Notes under the pieces: model-generated | What the model was told of the DNA's origin: nothing | The model's input: the letters and a program-made list of their open reading frames with translations, nothing else | Database searches by the model: none | Shown here: positions 14,071 through 29,455 of the stretch, piece after piece | Numbering within the stretch: the stretch's first letter is position 1 | Layout: every line of letters starts with the position of its first letter | Origin: Styela clava | Taxonomy: Eukaryota | Length of the DNA: 64,000 bases | NCBI RefSeq assembly: GCF_964204865.1 | Contig: NC_135252.1 | Location: forward strand, 13,640,001-13,704,000 | Reading direction: 5' to 3' | Translations under genes and position numbers: made by a program

Positions 14071-17000
14071 AGAATATACCGAAATACTAGGCGGTATGTA
14101 ATGCTTATGCCTTATATGATCACTAATATGAAACAACCATTTTTACATAAAATTTATTTTCCCAAAAAATCTACTTAAAGTGAGAGGGCTGAGCTCATCT
14201 GCCATAAGCGAATTTTTGATATTATGGCGTTGCTATAAGCAAAATAGATGCTGCCTCGTTTTTACGCTGTTATATTTTTCATATATGAAATTACTATTGA
14301 GCAACACTCACAACACACACAAATAGAGAACGAAAAATAAAATTTACTCGAAAAAAAAACAGTAAAAAAAGCGGCTCAAGAAAATTGCACCAGGCATCGT
14401 AATTCTGATGAAACACAGCCGATATCACCTCTATACAGCAAAATTTGTTAGATAATTTGGCTCAACTAATACTAAGTCATCACTACAAAATTTACTGCAG
14501 AATCTCATTAGCTCATTTTCGAAGCATTTCCACAAGGAGCACTTTCGTTAATTGAGACCTTCAATTTGCTTCACCTCAATTGCAGGTTTTGACTTCGTTC
14601 TGCACTTGAAAACCACAACCGCATTACCGGATACAAATCCTCAGATTAAAGCACCATATCAAAGCATACTATACAAATTTCAACTCCAATTTTGCAAATT
14701 AAAAGGCATTTGTTTGCTCGTTAGATGCTTTGCCTTCAAAGATCCGACCCGACAAACTTCGATTCTGTGCACGATCAACTTGGGGTGCTACATAATTCAG
14801 CATTTTCAATGCATTAAAAAAATCTGCTTTTACATGATTGATTACATTCAATTATATTAGGGGTAGGAATTTAATTAGTATAAATTCCACATAACGAATT
14901 TCAGTCTAACATATCGTCTTTGTTTTTTGGAGAAGTTCGTGACAATTTTTCACGTAATTATTTTTAAATGCTGCGGAACGTTCGTTATTAAAATACTTTA
15001 TCATGAACTTTTTTGAACTGTTGGACTTGACGCGCAAACTACAACTATTCAACGTTTATGTTTTCCATTTTTAATATAATCGAGTTATGATGCAGTCAAG
15101 CTCTACTGTATATGTGCGCGACAAATATATTCTTAATTTATTTCGTGGCAGCACTCAAGTTATCATTTCTCTTCCAGGAGTCCAGGCATCTAACGTCCTC
15201 GTTTTTATGGAATGCACAGTTTCATACCAGTAAGAGTTCATTAAATTACTTAATTTTTATCAGATAATTTTCTAGTTGTGACTTCTTTAAATTCAGGGCA
15301 TCAAAAAAAGGTTTCTCTAGTTTGAGTCTGTGTAGATGCCTCGTTTCCAATTGAGCTTGGAGAAATTCAATGAGTGTGTGTAAACAAATTTCATTAGATC
15401 AAAAATTTCCCATAAATTCGAGATAAGTGTCTCGGTAATTAACCGGTACATTGTATTTGCAAATTTCCATTTTTGGTTTTCTCTGGATCTTTCATTTCTG
15501 ATTATCCCATTAGCAGGTACTAATATAAACAATGTATGCCAAAATTTTAATAATAATTTTTATTATATTTAGTATGTAGCATTCCAATTTCCTACCGCTC
15601 GGGAGTATATGCAGAGAATAACCATTATCTCGAGCTTATTCTGCTAAACTAGTTGAAGTTTAATTTTAATGATTCTGGGAATATGAGGTCAAACATGCAT
15701 TCGTTTTAGCTCAACTACCAATTAGAAATGACCAAACCTGCTGCTTTTCACCTTTGTCACGAGATATCGTTCATATTAGTATGAAAATTCGGCGTAATTG
15801 CCTTGATGTGATAATTTGGCACTGATAAAGACAGACGTAAAGTCGCGCATTTGACCTTACGCCAACGCGATAAATGTAATAAATTTGTCATTTAGTGCAA
15901 TTAAAGTTAAGTTAAAATATAGGGGTTTATGTTAATGAAAGAAAAATCACACAAAGAATTCAGTACTGTCGTATTGGTAAATTCTTTGAACTAATTTAAT
16001 TTCAAATTCACCGTTCATTGATTTATTCAAACAAGAATTTTGAGACAAGATTATTACAGCGAAGTATCTTTCTAGTTGAAAATTGCCATTGCCAAGCAGA
16101 ATTTTAGACAATATATATTTATATACGTTAATCATAATTTATTGTAAGCCTAGAATATTAGGACAATATTGGCAATTTCTATTTTTAAACACAAGCAACC
16201 CAAACAATAGATTTTTCCTCGCAAAATACTAACGTAGAATGCAATGCAAAATATGTAACATTCTCATAATTTTAATAACATTGACTCATGAACTATGTTA
16301 TCGTATTATTTTAATCAAAATTTCCAAAAGTTTTATCTCGACAAACTCGACAAACAATGTAATAAAATAATATGTCCTGTTTATTGTTGTGAATGTAATT
16401 GCGATCATTCAATAGCATGTTAAAATTGAAATACTCAAAACGGGTTATTTTTCAGAAAAATCAGCCTAATTAAATAAAACATTGAACATTTAAATACTTT
16501 CGTTTAATTATCTACTACCCAAGTCCGAAAATTGTAGATGAAAGTATTTTAATTCTCAAATTTCAAATAATATTTTATTGCTTCAAGTTGCGTACATGAC
16601 TGCATTCCATATTTCAAATTTTGCTTAAACCGGTTCTTGGATGTGCTATTTCAGTATCAACCAATTTAAACCAGAATTAGCAATGAAATACTATAAATAA
16701 ATTACTAACTAGTACGACGACGTTAAATTGAAATACCAGTACTGTTCGGATATCAATGTGGTTTCGATATAACTCATACAAAAAGAACGGCCTTTGCCTG
16801 GCACAGTTTGTTTCACCGATGCCGAGTTTCCTACAGTGGATCAATTGGATAACTGAATGTTATGAGAAAATATTTTCTAGCATTTCGCGTATTAAATGAA
16901 ATAATGTATGGCATCATGAATTCTTTCCTACCCCACTTAAAATTTTGATTTTGAATGCGGCCTTGTGGTCAAAACTAGAATTTTTCAAACAGCTACTCAT

Positions 17001-20000
17001 AGGTAAATTATGAAGTATATTATGAGCGATGACTATGATTTTGTCACGACTTATAAACAGACTGGAACCGCAATGTCGCATTGTTCAAATGGATGGTATG
17101 AATCAAATTTGGGTCAAAATGTCAAATTTATATTTTGAACATAAAATTTACACATATTTTAGGGAATTAGCTTATTTGATGCACGAAACTAAAAAAAAGT
17201 ATCTGGTATGTTTATGGTTGGATATATTATATTTGCATATAGATTCAGATAACTGATGAACTCAACTGATGAAAATCGGTGTGAATTTACAAAATTCAAT
17301 TGATGGTATATTTTCAAACTTTTAATAGAGTATTCGTCATTCAATTTAGAAATGTTGGACTGATATTTAATGTTAAATTCCCCCACTGCAATAAGTCATT
17401 TGTAAATTAAAAAAACAAACACATCGCTCCAGAGTCTATAATTTTTCTAAATATAAAAATATTATACAATTAATTCAATTGTTCGCGAATTGCAAAAATA
17501 TTATTTTTACGGCTCCATACCCCTTGAAGTCGAGTTCATGTCGGGCAAAGTTCTCCTATTATTAACATGACAAGTTTATAATGAAAATCTAATTGTATTC
17601 AGTAGGGTCACGAGATTACCAATGAACTCATAATTATTAATTGAGCGTAGCACGCAAACACCCGTAACAATATCTCGCGTATGTTCGATTTAATATATTG
17701 AACTTGTGAAATGACTGTTTTACAAAAGATTTTCAAAAACCGCGCATTTGGGTATGTAATTTGTCACAGTAGACTGCCGGTACCGCCACCTTTATGACAT
17801 CTGACCGCGAAGGCGAAGCCGCTACAAGGTGCACAATTTTTAATATAGATGGCGTCATCGCACACAACAAACATATCCCGTAGAGTCCACAGAAAAATAA
17901 AAAAGTAAAGCCAGCTACTGAAACATACAATCTTTAATCACTAAAAATACCAATGCAATTGATCAAGTGGTTCAACAACAAGAATTATAACAATAAAAAC
18001 ATAATTACAAAACGATCTATCTGTATGATCACTCGGTGTCAAATAATTTAGTTGAAAGTTTCATTTGACAAGGGTGAGTGATAGCTGATTATGCATTATA
18101 GAAGCATTTATGGGTTTGAAAGACATGGAAAGACTTTAGCTGTGTCCTGGCAAACTAGTTTACTTTACAAGTGGAAAATACTCATCAAGTGTGATTTAAA
18201 AAGCTTGTGATTAGTTTAAGAACGCACCTGTCTCGTGTAGGTATGATCAATGTTAATCTGTTCCCGGGTTTGTTAGTACCGTCAATTCATCTGACTGATG
18301 TAATGATAAGATCTAATTTAATTAATCGGACACTTATGTTAATAACTGCTTTGTGGCGTCGTTACAAAAGGCCACAACGCTACTTCGCACGAACAAGAAG
18401 TTTCGTCTCTGGTAACTTAGTTCGTCAATACTTTTTGCTAACGTAAAATTACGATTATGGGATGCCTGGTTTGGTGGAATGATTTTAGAACCTCTTTAGC
18501 TTTTTGTCCATTGTTAATGTCCACAATGAGATACTACAACAGAGTAACAGTGTTATAGAAATCCAAAAACCATGTTTTGAACGAAACTTTGTTTACTAAT
18601 TTTAACTCATGCCCGAATCTGACCTAGAAAAAAATCGGCCGACTTCTAGCATTTGATAGTGTTTTTATTTCATCGCTTTTATAAAATTTGTAATGATCTT
18701 GAACTAGATATCATCTAGCTTTCCAAACACTCTAATAAAAAATGTCACGGTAATGAAATTACTTATTTAAACTGGGGTTATAATCATTTCTAACTGACAG
18801 AGTAATTGTGTGTACAAAGAGTAAATCAAAGCAAACTATGCATCTCTTACGGATTGTATAGCTGATAATATCTCTGCAAATGTGTATATTTTCATAAGGT
18901 TATAAAAGGGCAATAATTTTCCATTTTGTACACATGTTTTGGGGAGATATAAAACCGAAAAGACAGATAAACATGGTAATTTTTTTAATCAAATAACGAA
19001 TAATAGTATTTCAATCGATTTGAGCAAAGCAAAATGAAAGGTTATTGAACACAGCTATTGTATATTTTAATGAAGAGAAAAGCATTGAAAATTACACGAT
19101 AAATTCAGTTCAGTTTTGAACTATATCAAATTTGGTTTAGATAGCTATTTTTAATTATACTGGTCAAATACATTTGCTAGTTTTCACTTTAGATTGTACA
19201 ACAAAGCAGAGTAATTTTAGAGACCTAAAATAAGTGAAAAAAGGTTCGAAATTTTAAAATACTACTAAATAATATTTTTAATTGGTAGTCCAATCAATAT
19301 ATAATATTGCGCATGACAAAAATGTATATGCATAATATTATTTCTCTCAAACGATAGAGAATGGATATGGTCATCGAGTATGATTATAAAAACAAAATAA
19401 AGAACACAGAAAAAACATTAGAAGACCATCTTCTGCAAAGAAGCTCGTTTTCATTCCCTGTGCTATTATATCATTCTGACTTTACAAACAGCTCTATTTA
19501 AACAAGATAATGGTTACAGACTAATGTTGATTATTCTTAGAATAGAAGTAAGATTGTAAACCGAGGAGAGAAATGCATCAAAATTTCACGAAAGCATGTG
19601 GATTAAACCACCGACCCGCCCATAAACAAACAAATTAGACCAGTCTATGCCATAATTTCGATAATAGAAGGGATTAATTTGTGCGCATGTTAATCGTTTT
19701 ATAGACGATTAATTCAGAATTAGGTCATGTTAAATTTCACTCTGACCAAATTAAGAAGCTTAGTCGTGTGAGCAAAATAATTATCCATGCTACTACAGAT
19801 ATCGTGCACTACATAGAAGCCAAACAAACTTTAAATACAAGTATTTACTTACAGTAACACCATATATATACTCATGAGGTAATTGCTTGGGTCCTCCACT
19901 TTTTCATAATAATCGTGATTTAAAAAAAATTGTAATGCAATATATTGAAAAATATTTAAGACAATATTGCTTCGTTTTTTCATCTTGGATTTAACAATCG

Positions 20001-23000
20001 TAAAACCTATAATCAAGCTTTGTGAATAAAACTCTATTATATATATATATATGTAATTATGTCTTTTATTCATAATCAAAATAAATTTTGCTAAATAATT
20101 TCTTTTTTAATGAAGCAGATATGGTGTTTAATTATGTTCAGTATTGCGTAATAGTTGAAATATTAATTTATTCATTCATCTAATAATCGCTGAAAAAACA
20201 TTATTACTCGACTATAAGTAATACAGCCAGTCATAAACAAACGAATCATAAAAAATGACAAATCGTCTCGTCTATAAATTAGGCGTCTCTATCGGGTATA
20301 AAAAGTATTTGATTGAGTCGATAATATTACCCGAATTTTACATATGATTCCTCTGTGGTTAGACCATCTGGCAAAAATTGAAACTAGAGGTTTTTTAAAG
20401 ATAGAAGTTTGAAATGGAAATAAATAACATGTCTTCATTTCAGGCATCAGCAAAATATTGCAAATAATATGACAAGTTATCATACAATAAATTCATTATG
20501 ATCACACAAACATAACGAGTCAATTTAATTAGCAGAAAACTGTTAAAATAGTTTAAAGTTAGATGAAAATATTTTCTCCTTTCTAATCTGTTTTACAATT
20601 GGTCAAGTCAGGTTAAAAACGACACACCCCTCATAATAGAACCCTCAAACTTGAGACGCGGTTCTTCGACTCTCTGGGAAGGATAGGTTAGTCTAATGCT
20701 TGATGTGTTAGCGCAACTAACAGGATTTTGAGGATAGTTAAATCCATACATAAAAATAAAATATTTATACAATAAATCAAAACAGTCAATTTCTGAGTTA
20801 AATTTATTGTTCATTACCATTTAATTAGCAGTTTCTGGAACGTATATTTCGTAATATTGTATGTCAAATATTACCTAAAAATTGAATCGTTCAACATAAG
20901 ATTTTAAAAATCCAAAAAGAAATAACCGCAAGAATTTAATAAACAAAAGCCGCTTTCAACACGATTATGTGTGTAACGAATTTATTCTATAATCATTTAT
21001 CAGTGAGTTAGTGATACAGGTTCAACATCATTAGATAATATTTTAAAGAAAGTTTCATGTCGAAGCTATGAAATAACGAATTTCTGACATAGCAAGTTCA
21101 GAAAATTTTTGAATTTTTCATTCTAATTCTGATGTCTCACTCCATCTAACGACTCCGTTGGGTTTTAAGATACCACGATCAGTATTGTGGGCGGTATCAG
21201 ACAAATTTATGATGGACTGTGATCCAACTATCGCGAGTTTTAAATGCCGAACGTCTATCTCAAGTTTATTATTGTCAAATTATACATTTAAATACAAATA
21301 GCTATAGATCTTAACTACTGATACATGCGTTCTCGGAGTTACATATGATTCGAAATTAATGAGCATGAAATATGTGGTACGCTTAAAAAAGATAAAGTTA
21401 TAAGTTTATAGCCACAAAGGAGCAGATCTCATTCTACATTATACCTGACGCAGCTAGACGATGATCCAAAAAAAGCTTGGAAAAACTTAGAACGAAATTG
21501 TGTTTTTCTGTGGATTTTCATTCTGATCTTCTGAATTATTCAAAACACTAACACGCTGATATGATAAAATAAATGAATATTAATTATTGTTTACTTTTTT
21601 TATGTAAAGTATTAATAATAATCACGTCGGAACATAGTACATGTTTCAAACTTTCTCCGCTTCCTGGTGCAATTAATCTATATGTCAACCTTTCCAGACG
21701 ACAATTTTACGATGATAAATTACCATTCGACTAATCTGTCAATATAATTGAGCCATTAATTTCTGGACAAAATGTCATCTTGCCTGCAAGAACCAGTTGA
21801 CGCATTCACCACAGTCTAGACTCAATGCAGGTGAGACAAACCCTGCATAATCCATTAAGAATATTTTACATTCTGTAAGAATTCATATCAGTAATGTCGC
21901 AAACAAATATTACGATTACACCTAACGAGATTTTCTGGCAATCAAATTGATCACTTTTTCAAGAACCTCGGAGATATTGTCGTGTTTTATATCTCCACGG
22001 AAATGTAATTTCTGCTACAATTTCTAAGATATAAAGAAACTAATGTCACGTGTAAGAAACTAGGTCAAAGCTTAATCAGGGCAAATTTCTTAACGTAATG
22101 ACGGTGAACATTCGAGGAAGAAATTAGGAAATTGCAAAATATTACACAAACTCGAAACTTCATACAAGAACGCGACGCGAAAATCCATCATGATATCTCA
22201 ATAAATACATTTTATTACCCTAGATATTGTCTAAATTTTCGACCTCACCCGTATTGTATTTTTCTGCATTGGCAAATTCTCGCCCGTATTCGAGTTTTAA
22301 TGACTAATTTTTTGCCGACAAATAGAGAACAAAACTGGTTTTACATCATCAATTACGTCAAATACGCGAAACTAATCACTTAAAACAATATATATTTTAA
22401 TGTCGCATATTAAAAAAGTATTACCTGCGCAAACAAAACCGAATCGAAATAATATTGCCGTAAAAGGGAAATATTAGTTCCAACCATAACATTGCGTTAT
22501 CATGGGACAAAGTTTCGCCGAAAATCACTACGTGACAGTTATTAGGGAAGAGAAGCCAAATTTGGCACTGTCGTGAGCTGGCCATTCCAAAAGCTCATCT
22601 GTTATGGCCAATGAACTGAAGGACGGCAGTCGACACTGCTGCATAAAGGTGTAAAATAATTGATATTTAGTCAACTCTCTGCATTCCAATAAAAAGAGAT
22701 TTTAAAATTTAAATGAATGTTTTATGAATCAGACCAACAATAATTCTTAAAGCTGAAAAGTAAATAGCATTTGAAACGATTTTACACTAAAATAATTGAG
22801 AAACTAAACAAGTTCTCGAAATATTTTTGCATTTACTAAAACTTGCTTTGCTGGATTCCAGAATCGGAATCAAACCAGGCATTTAAAGATATTATATATC
22901 TATTCGGTTGTGTAATTTCTTTTTCTGTGATCAAAAAAAGGTTTAACAATTTTTTTTTAAATTTGGAAATGGTAATTTGGAAGTATAATGTCAGTATACA

Positions 23001-26000
23001 AACATGGAAGCCGTTTCGAATTATTGTTTGTCATACGTAATGTATTTTGAGCAAATGTATATGCCGATATTTGGTGCAAGCAGTCGATTGTTTCGTCATA
23101 CACAAGATTCGTCATACAAACGTCACCAAAAATATAGAACATACTTGTTAACGTAAGCAAAACAAACTAAATCAATCACTTGAATAAATGTATTTCTACT
23201 ATTTATTTATACATAAGATTCGAATAACATTTTGTACCTAAATAATAAACCATAAATATACGCTTTGCGTGAGTTATCGTTAGATATTGGTAAAAGTAAA
23301 CATTTTGTAATTTGATGATATACGTAATGTGTTCTGCTCGATATATATTGCGTAAACTACGTAAACGTTACGCAAATGAATGCTGAAACATTTATAGCAA
23401 AACTATGCCCGTTTCCGAACGACTATTTCGAAATTTACTATTTTCGATTCATTCGAAACTACGCTTCAGAAATTCCGTTGTGTAATTTTGAATTGATGGA
23501 CAGTGATTTGCTGGTTTCGTACAATCATGTATGTGAAAATGAAAAAGTTAATTATTTTAATAAAATTGTTTAGTGCTAATCTGACAACTGTTGTATTTTT
23601 TTTGTTTTACGTAACCTAGGATTAAAGGTAGGTTTTGGTATCGATGGTAAAACACTTCCAATCTAATGAGCCATTATTCAAATTGACAACCGCGACAACT
23701 CCAACTTTACTCCGAAAAAATCTATTGTTTCCGTGTTGTTCTCTCCCATGAGTCTGATTGCAGAACATATGGCGAAATGACTGGAAACCAAGGTGTTTAA
23801 CAGGCAATTTAAAAGTAATCATGACTTCCATGTCATTTTTTGTAACAAGCAAATATGTATCGAATGATGCTCTGCATTCTCAAAATTATAAATATACATT
23901 CCTGTTCGGGACCAAAAAAGATGATAATGTCATTATGATGAAATCTTATTCAAATACTTACTTTCTTTTGATTAATACCTCTTTTATTTTTTAAAAAACA
24001 CAAGTTCGGCGATTGCAAATATGGGTTGCCATTTTGAAACTCATTTTTATGATGCAGTTCATCAAAATTTTAAGCAAAAAGCTTTTCAATTTTTCTATCT
24101 TCTCGTAAGTTCACTTTTGTCATGTTTTAGTCGAGATTTTTTTGGTGAGCAATGTGAGCGCGGACGGAACCTCTATAAAAATACATTGTTGCCGTTGATT
24201 CGTGAAAATTTGGCAAAAATTTAATTAAAACACATCAGTGTTGATAACTTAGACTTTTGTTATTGGATTAAATGGAACTGGTCAAACTTGTGGAAATGAC
24301 GTTATTTTGTATATAAATTTGACTATGACATTTCACATGCGTACCATTTAAAATAATGATTTTTCGTCTCAAATAAAAATATTACATGCATGCATTACAT
24401 GAGACACTTGTTTGATTAATGACGATAATAAAATATAAATTATCATTTTCAACACGTTGTAAACATTTTAATTCCTAGTATATATATTAAGGTCGCCTCC
24501 TACAGACATATTATGTGAAATCTGGCTGGACATTGTCATTTTTATTTAATCGAAGATAATTGATTGAACTGTGGAACGGCCCAGACGGTTTATTGAATGC
24601 GTCTGCCTGTGCGTGATAAATGATACTGTGCGTTGTTTGTGAAACTAATCATGTAAACGTTTTATATCTTAAAGAAAAAAAGACTAGACCAAAATGGACC
24701 GCGTAAGACGGGCGCTACGATAAAGCAATAATAACGAAAACAGAATCTAAGCATTGTTTTATATTAATCCGTATTAGTTTGTGAAACGTCGATGAATTTC
24801 GAATTTGATTGTCAATTTCTTTGAATCATATTTCATTTTGGAAAAGTGGACTGGAAGAGGAAGCTTTCACGGTCGGCATTCAATATAAGTGTGTTGGAAA
24901 ACAATGTCGCAATATTCTTTACAGAACTGGTGCAATATCCAGTAAAATAAATGGTATTTATGGACATATTTCTCTATCAACCCATACTTATCTTTCCTGA
25001 CTGTCGTTTTGCCAATATTCTAAAATAGAAATGCCATTAAAGCTTTCTTTTAGCGATCTAATACAAAGAAATCATGGTACGACTTTCTTGCATTAGAATA
25101 TTTTTTATATGATATATAAATATTTGTTACTCAGTAGTCCCAGAATATTACTTGGGGTACATATTACGGTAGCATTGTGCTAGATTTCGAGTATTAGTCT
25201 ACATCAGAAGACTCCTAAAAGCTGATAACTGAAACCCAAAATTGAAGCCGATCATGGAAAAGATAAAACAATTCAGCTTTTCACTGCATTGTTCGGCAAA
25301 ATTTGAATAAAAGTTCTGATTAGTTTATGAGCCTTGTACAATGTGAAGAATAAATCAAAAATGAATATTATTGATCTCACTGTTTTGAAATTGAACCCAA
25401 CGTACCCATTTGCCATTATGGTGCATGAATCACGTATTGCGTGGACATAAATAATATTGTGCGTCAAAGACGTATAAATCAAATCACAACTGTGCTAATG
25501 CTGGCCATTACATCGACCGTTCCGATGTATTTATAAATCCCTATATTTCCTGCTTGGCATGTTCTATCGAGACAAAGACACATTTAGAAAATACTTGATG
25601 CATGAAAATACATACAATGAACAAATTGCACAATCTAATTCAAATACCAACTTATATATTTTGTTTTGAAGGTCGCGGTATTTGATACATAATTCTAGAC
25701 AATTTATCACTTGAGCGTGATTCAAACTGGACATTTTGGCTAAATTTAAATGGAAGTTCAATTAATTTTTTTATATAAATATACACCAAAGAGTATGGAT
25801 GGTAACAAATGATATAAATAAAAAAGTGTTCAACGTTATCACAGTCAGTTTTTTCCAGAAAATGGGTGTACAAGTTGGCCAATACTTCCCCTTTTACACT
25901 TTAAATTTCTTAGTATTATGCCTCAAACAACCTATAACCCATTTTTGCTGTTTGATAAAAACACAAATAACTGGAAATGTTCTATAATTTATAAGAAAAG

Positions 26001-27149
26001 TCTCGCATAAACGTGTCAATTTTCACGCGCTTATTTTATAAACGTCGTGAGTGACCCGAAGAGATTTTACCAGATGTTTGTAAGCATTGATTTATGAAAT
26101 AGCTAACATGAAATTTAATTAATGATCTATCTGTCATGTTCCGAACACGTTTTTGTAAAGTATATTCTATTATATGCACTCGCTTTTTTACCAAATATTT
26201 GTAAAAATGATAATTAAAACTAATTTTGGTGGAGCCATCTTTTACCGAAGTTTACTTGCGTGGTTGAGTTGAGGCGATAATTTCATTTTCATTTTGCAAC
26301 ACCCAAAGTGCAATAATACCTGACACTGCTAAAAGTAAGATAAATGTTAAAAATAAGGACGACTGCACTGTGTTGAAGAAATTCAACATAGATTTAATAA
26401 ACAGTTTTATTGGTTTTCAGCTTACATATTATTCGCATCCAAATAAATCATTTTTAAATAACAAAATATGGAAAGCTGTGTCCTAAATTCTGGAAAAGGG
26501 GAATGCATGATATTTCCTCACATAATACAAGCTTTCCAAAAAGAAAAGGTTGTATCCGTCCACCACTATTGTAGGACCAGATAATGCACTCACAATATTA
26601 CTTTTTCAAGTCATTGCATCAATTAATAATTAATTACATTCTACTTCTAACAAACAAATCAATGTTTCATTCATTTGCTACTCATTTTTCTGAGAAACGA
26701 AAAGAAGGTTTCGCAGAAGTGATGATGCATAAACAAAAACACAGGAAGTTTAAAAATAGTCGCCATCATTTCGGGCTCATTTTAATCTGCGTATAATTTG
26801 ACAAAATATAAATTCACGGTATTTACCAAACTCAATTGAAATATATTTATTCTTTTATTAGTGTTGAACCACCAACTTATTTTATGAGGTCGTCTGCAAT
26901 TGCCAAAGACAACAATGTATAAACGAAGGCATAGTTAAAATACACTACGCACTAAAGAGAAAGGATAAGGCTCCAAAAAATTGTTGTTTGAGATATTATT
27001 ATTTGTAACAGGTCCGCAACCCTAAAAATATGGTCACAGCCACCATATGCATGGCATACTATGGATCTCGTGCTCAGCGAAGGCCGCAAGTTTTTTGGGG
27101 CACGGTAGACTACGATATCGGTACTGTAAAAATATTTGATAATACAGTT

Positions 27150-27324
27150 GTGACTCGGATCATTTGTTATTACAATTCACGTTTAGACTGAAAGCGTGAA
27201 TCATCATCGTCACAGGACCTGGAAAAGCTAACTCGGATACTCGTGACTCGGATCATTTGTTATTACAATTCACGTTTAGACTGAAAGCGTGAATCATCAT
27301 CGTCACAGGACCTGGAAAAGCTAA
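27150..27324. repeat. Tandem duplication of 82 bp
   Basis: GTGACTCGGATCATTTG...GGAAAAGCTAA at 27150-27231 and 27243-27324, identical by eye, separated by CTCGGATACTC. Confidence 0.95.
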
Positions 27325-28859
27325 GAAAAGGGTTATGAGCCTGATACATGTCTGGTAAGTTACCTAATTGTTCCACAGTTACATATTTGTTTAGGGTATG
27401 ATTTTGGGGGTAATTGTGGATAAATAAAAATTGTTTTGGTCTTCGTGTCCATATATTTGAGCATTTTTTTTGTATTTTAAATTATTTTCAATGTCTGTTA
27501 AAAATTCAGCTGCTCGATTTGTGTATGATTATGCATACTCGCATCTGAAAATCGTACTCTGCACTAATATAACCTTGTGAAATTAACGTTTTCATTGAAG
27601 CTTGTGGTTTGCATGAATTTTATGGAGAAAAATGGAAATTATGTGAAAGTAATACATACGTCAAACGATCAAATTTTATGTGTTATGTCTAGCGTTAGTC
27701 GAATGGACCGACCACCTGCATTTTCAATTTCGTATCATAACTGTACATCACATATAGTACGCATTTACTACACCTAACAATGACAGAAGCGAAATATCTA
27801 TAATGAAAGCTTAAATGTCAATTCTATATGCTTGTCTATCCAGATGCGAAACTAACATTAGACGTGTCATGTTTGCACCTGAGACGACTGGCATCGAAAA
27901 TGATATATCCTTTCTATTTATTGTATCGTCAACCTTAATTGTTCCAACAAAAAACAGATTTGACTATAATTGAACCATTTTGTCACGTCGTTATGCGAAC
28001 AGTTAAAAAGAAATAAATTATCGAAAACTCCAATCCCAATATTGTTGTTTCGTTGTAGTATTGTAATACGCTTGGTCCCATTTTTTTTATACCATTCTAA
28101 GCAGAACTCAGTAGATGTTAGATGAGTTGCAAATTTTATTATTAACTGAGAAACTGCTTCCAAACCTCGAGTGTTGAGTATTGATCGAAAATTTGAAATA
28201 CTAAAGTACTGGAGCTTAATCTTCTACTGGTGAAATGTGTTACATATATATATTGACCGATTAGTCCAAAAATTACATCCGATGCAAATAGTACATTTAG
28301 CGTTATTCTATTTTAATCAAATGCAATGGCAAAATTTGTCTTCGTAGTTCAATACGTATAACGGGTTAGCTTTTTTCATGATGATACTAAATAACTGACT
28401 ATAATCAATGGTCTAGTTTCCCCGTTCAGCATTAGCCTATAGTTAACGTTTTCATTCTTTATAGGAAATTTAGTAAATACAAACAAATAATAGCAGCTCC
28501 GATTATATATACTTGAATGACGTATTGATTTTGCTCATATTTTTGACTGCCATTTGTAGCCAAAAGTAACGTGTGAAGCTTTGAAATAGGACACTCCGAT
28601 TTGTGATCCACACTCGCTTTTAAGCACGGACGCAATGGAAATAAATCAAGGAATAACGATACGAACCCAGACAGACACGTGAAAACGCAATTTAATGCAT
28701 TAAAGTGAGCCGAGCAAATTTAGATAAAAACTGCCTGTTAATGGAACAATAGCGGTGCTGAAGTAAGAGTCATATTTGCGAGCGACTTGTTTCCTTCACT
28801 GGTGCAAATTTCATAATTATTGGTTACCTCCGTACACCACTTTTCACGTGCCTCCGTTT

Positions 28860-29025
28860 CATGATTGCGTCATCTTTCTCGGACTGACCGACGTAATAGT
28901 TCTATGCTATGGCTTTCCTTCTATCGTCTGCTCAATCCAAGTCTTGTTGCAGTAGACTACAATGACCTTCTCATCAAATTGCCGAAGTCATTGTGTGGAT
29001 TGGCAGTTCATGAAAGCTTATAACT
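28860..29025 (+). repeat. Dispersed repeat, inverted partner of 34120-34273
   Basis: CAATCCAAGTCTTGTTGC...CATCAAATTGCCGAAGTCATTGTGTGGATTGGCAG matches the reverse complement of 34120-34230. Confidence 0.8.
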
Positions 29026-29455
29026 TCGCGAGAGTAATCTTCGCGAAATCGTACTGTTGTACCAGACTTCCGTGCAGATTGAGCAGTACTGTTATAATGG
29101 ACTATAGGCTACATACCAAAACCGTTCAGCTATATTGTAGGTAATAAACGGTGCTATCATCTAACTATGATGTGGAGTGATATCATGTGATCCAATGTGC
29201 GGTAACACCGGAATTACTTGAAAAGCCCGATCCCAAATAGTTCATCCAACATTTGTTGCTTTGATTTTATTGCATTATCGCAGTAGTAATGAACATCGAT
29301 GAGTCAGTTTATTCCAGTTATTACACACAATTTAATCTAATTTATGATCATCACTCCAAATGTTAGCTAAATAAATAAAAACACACATGAAAAATACGAC
29401 TTACAAATTGACAAATACCCGAGCTTAATTAAGGAACAGAGGCGCGCTCACTAAA

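Noticed and set aside
22555-22620. TTTGGCAC (miR-96-like seed) as a microRNA
   Set aside because: The rest does not match the mature miRNA and I could not fold a convincing pre-miRNA hairpin.
27011-27355. Exon-like segments as a protein-coding gene
   Set aside because: Splice-like signals exist, but no consistent open frame or recognisable protein across the segments.
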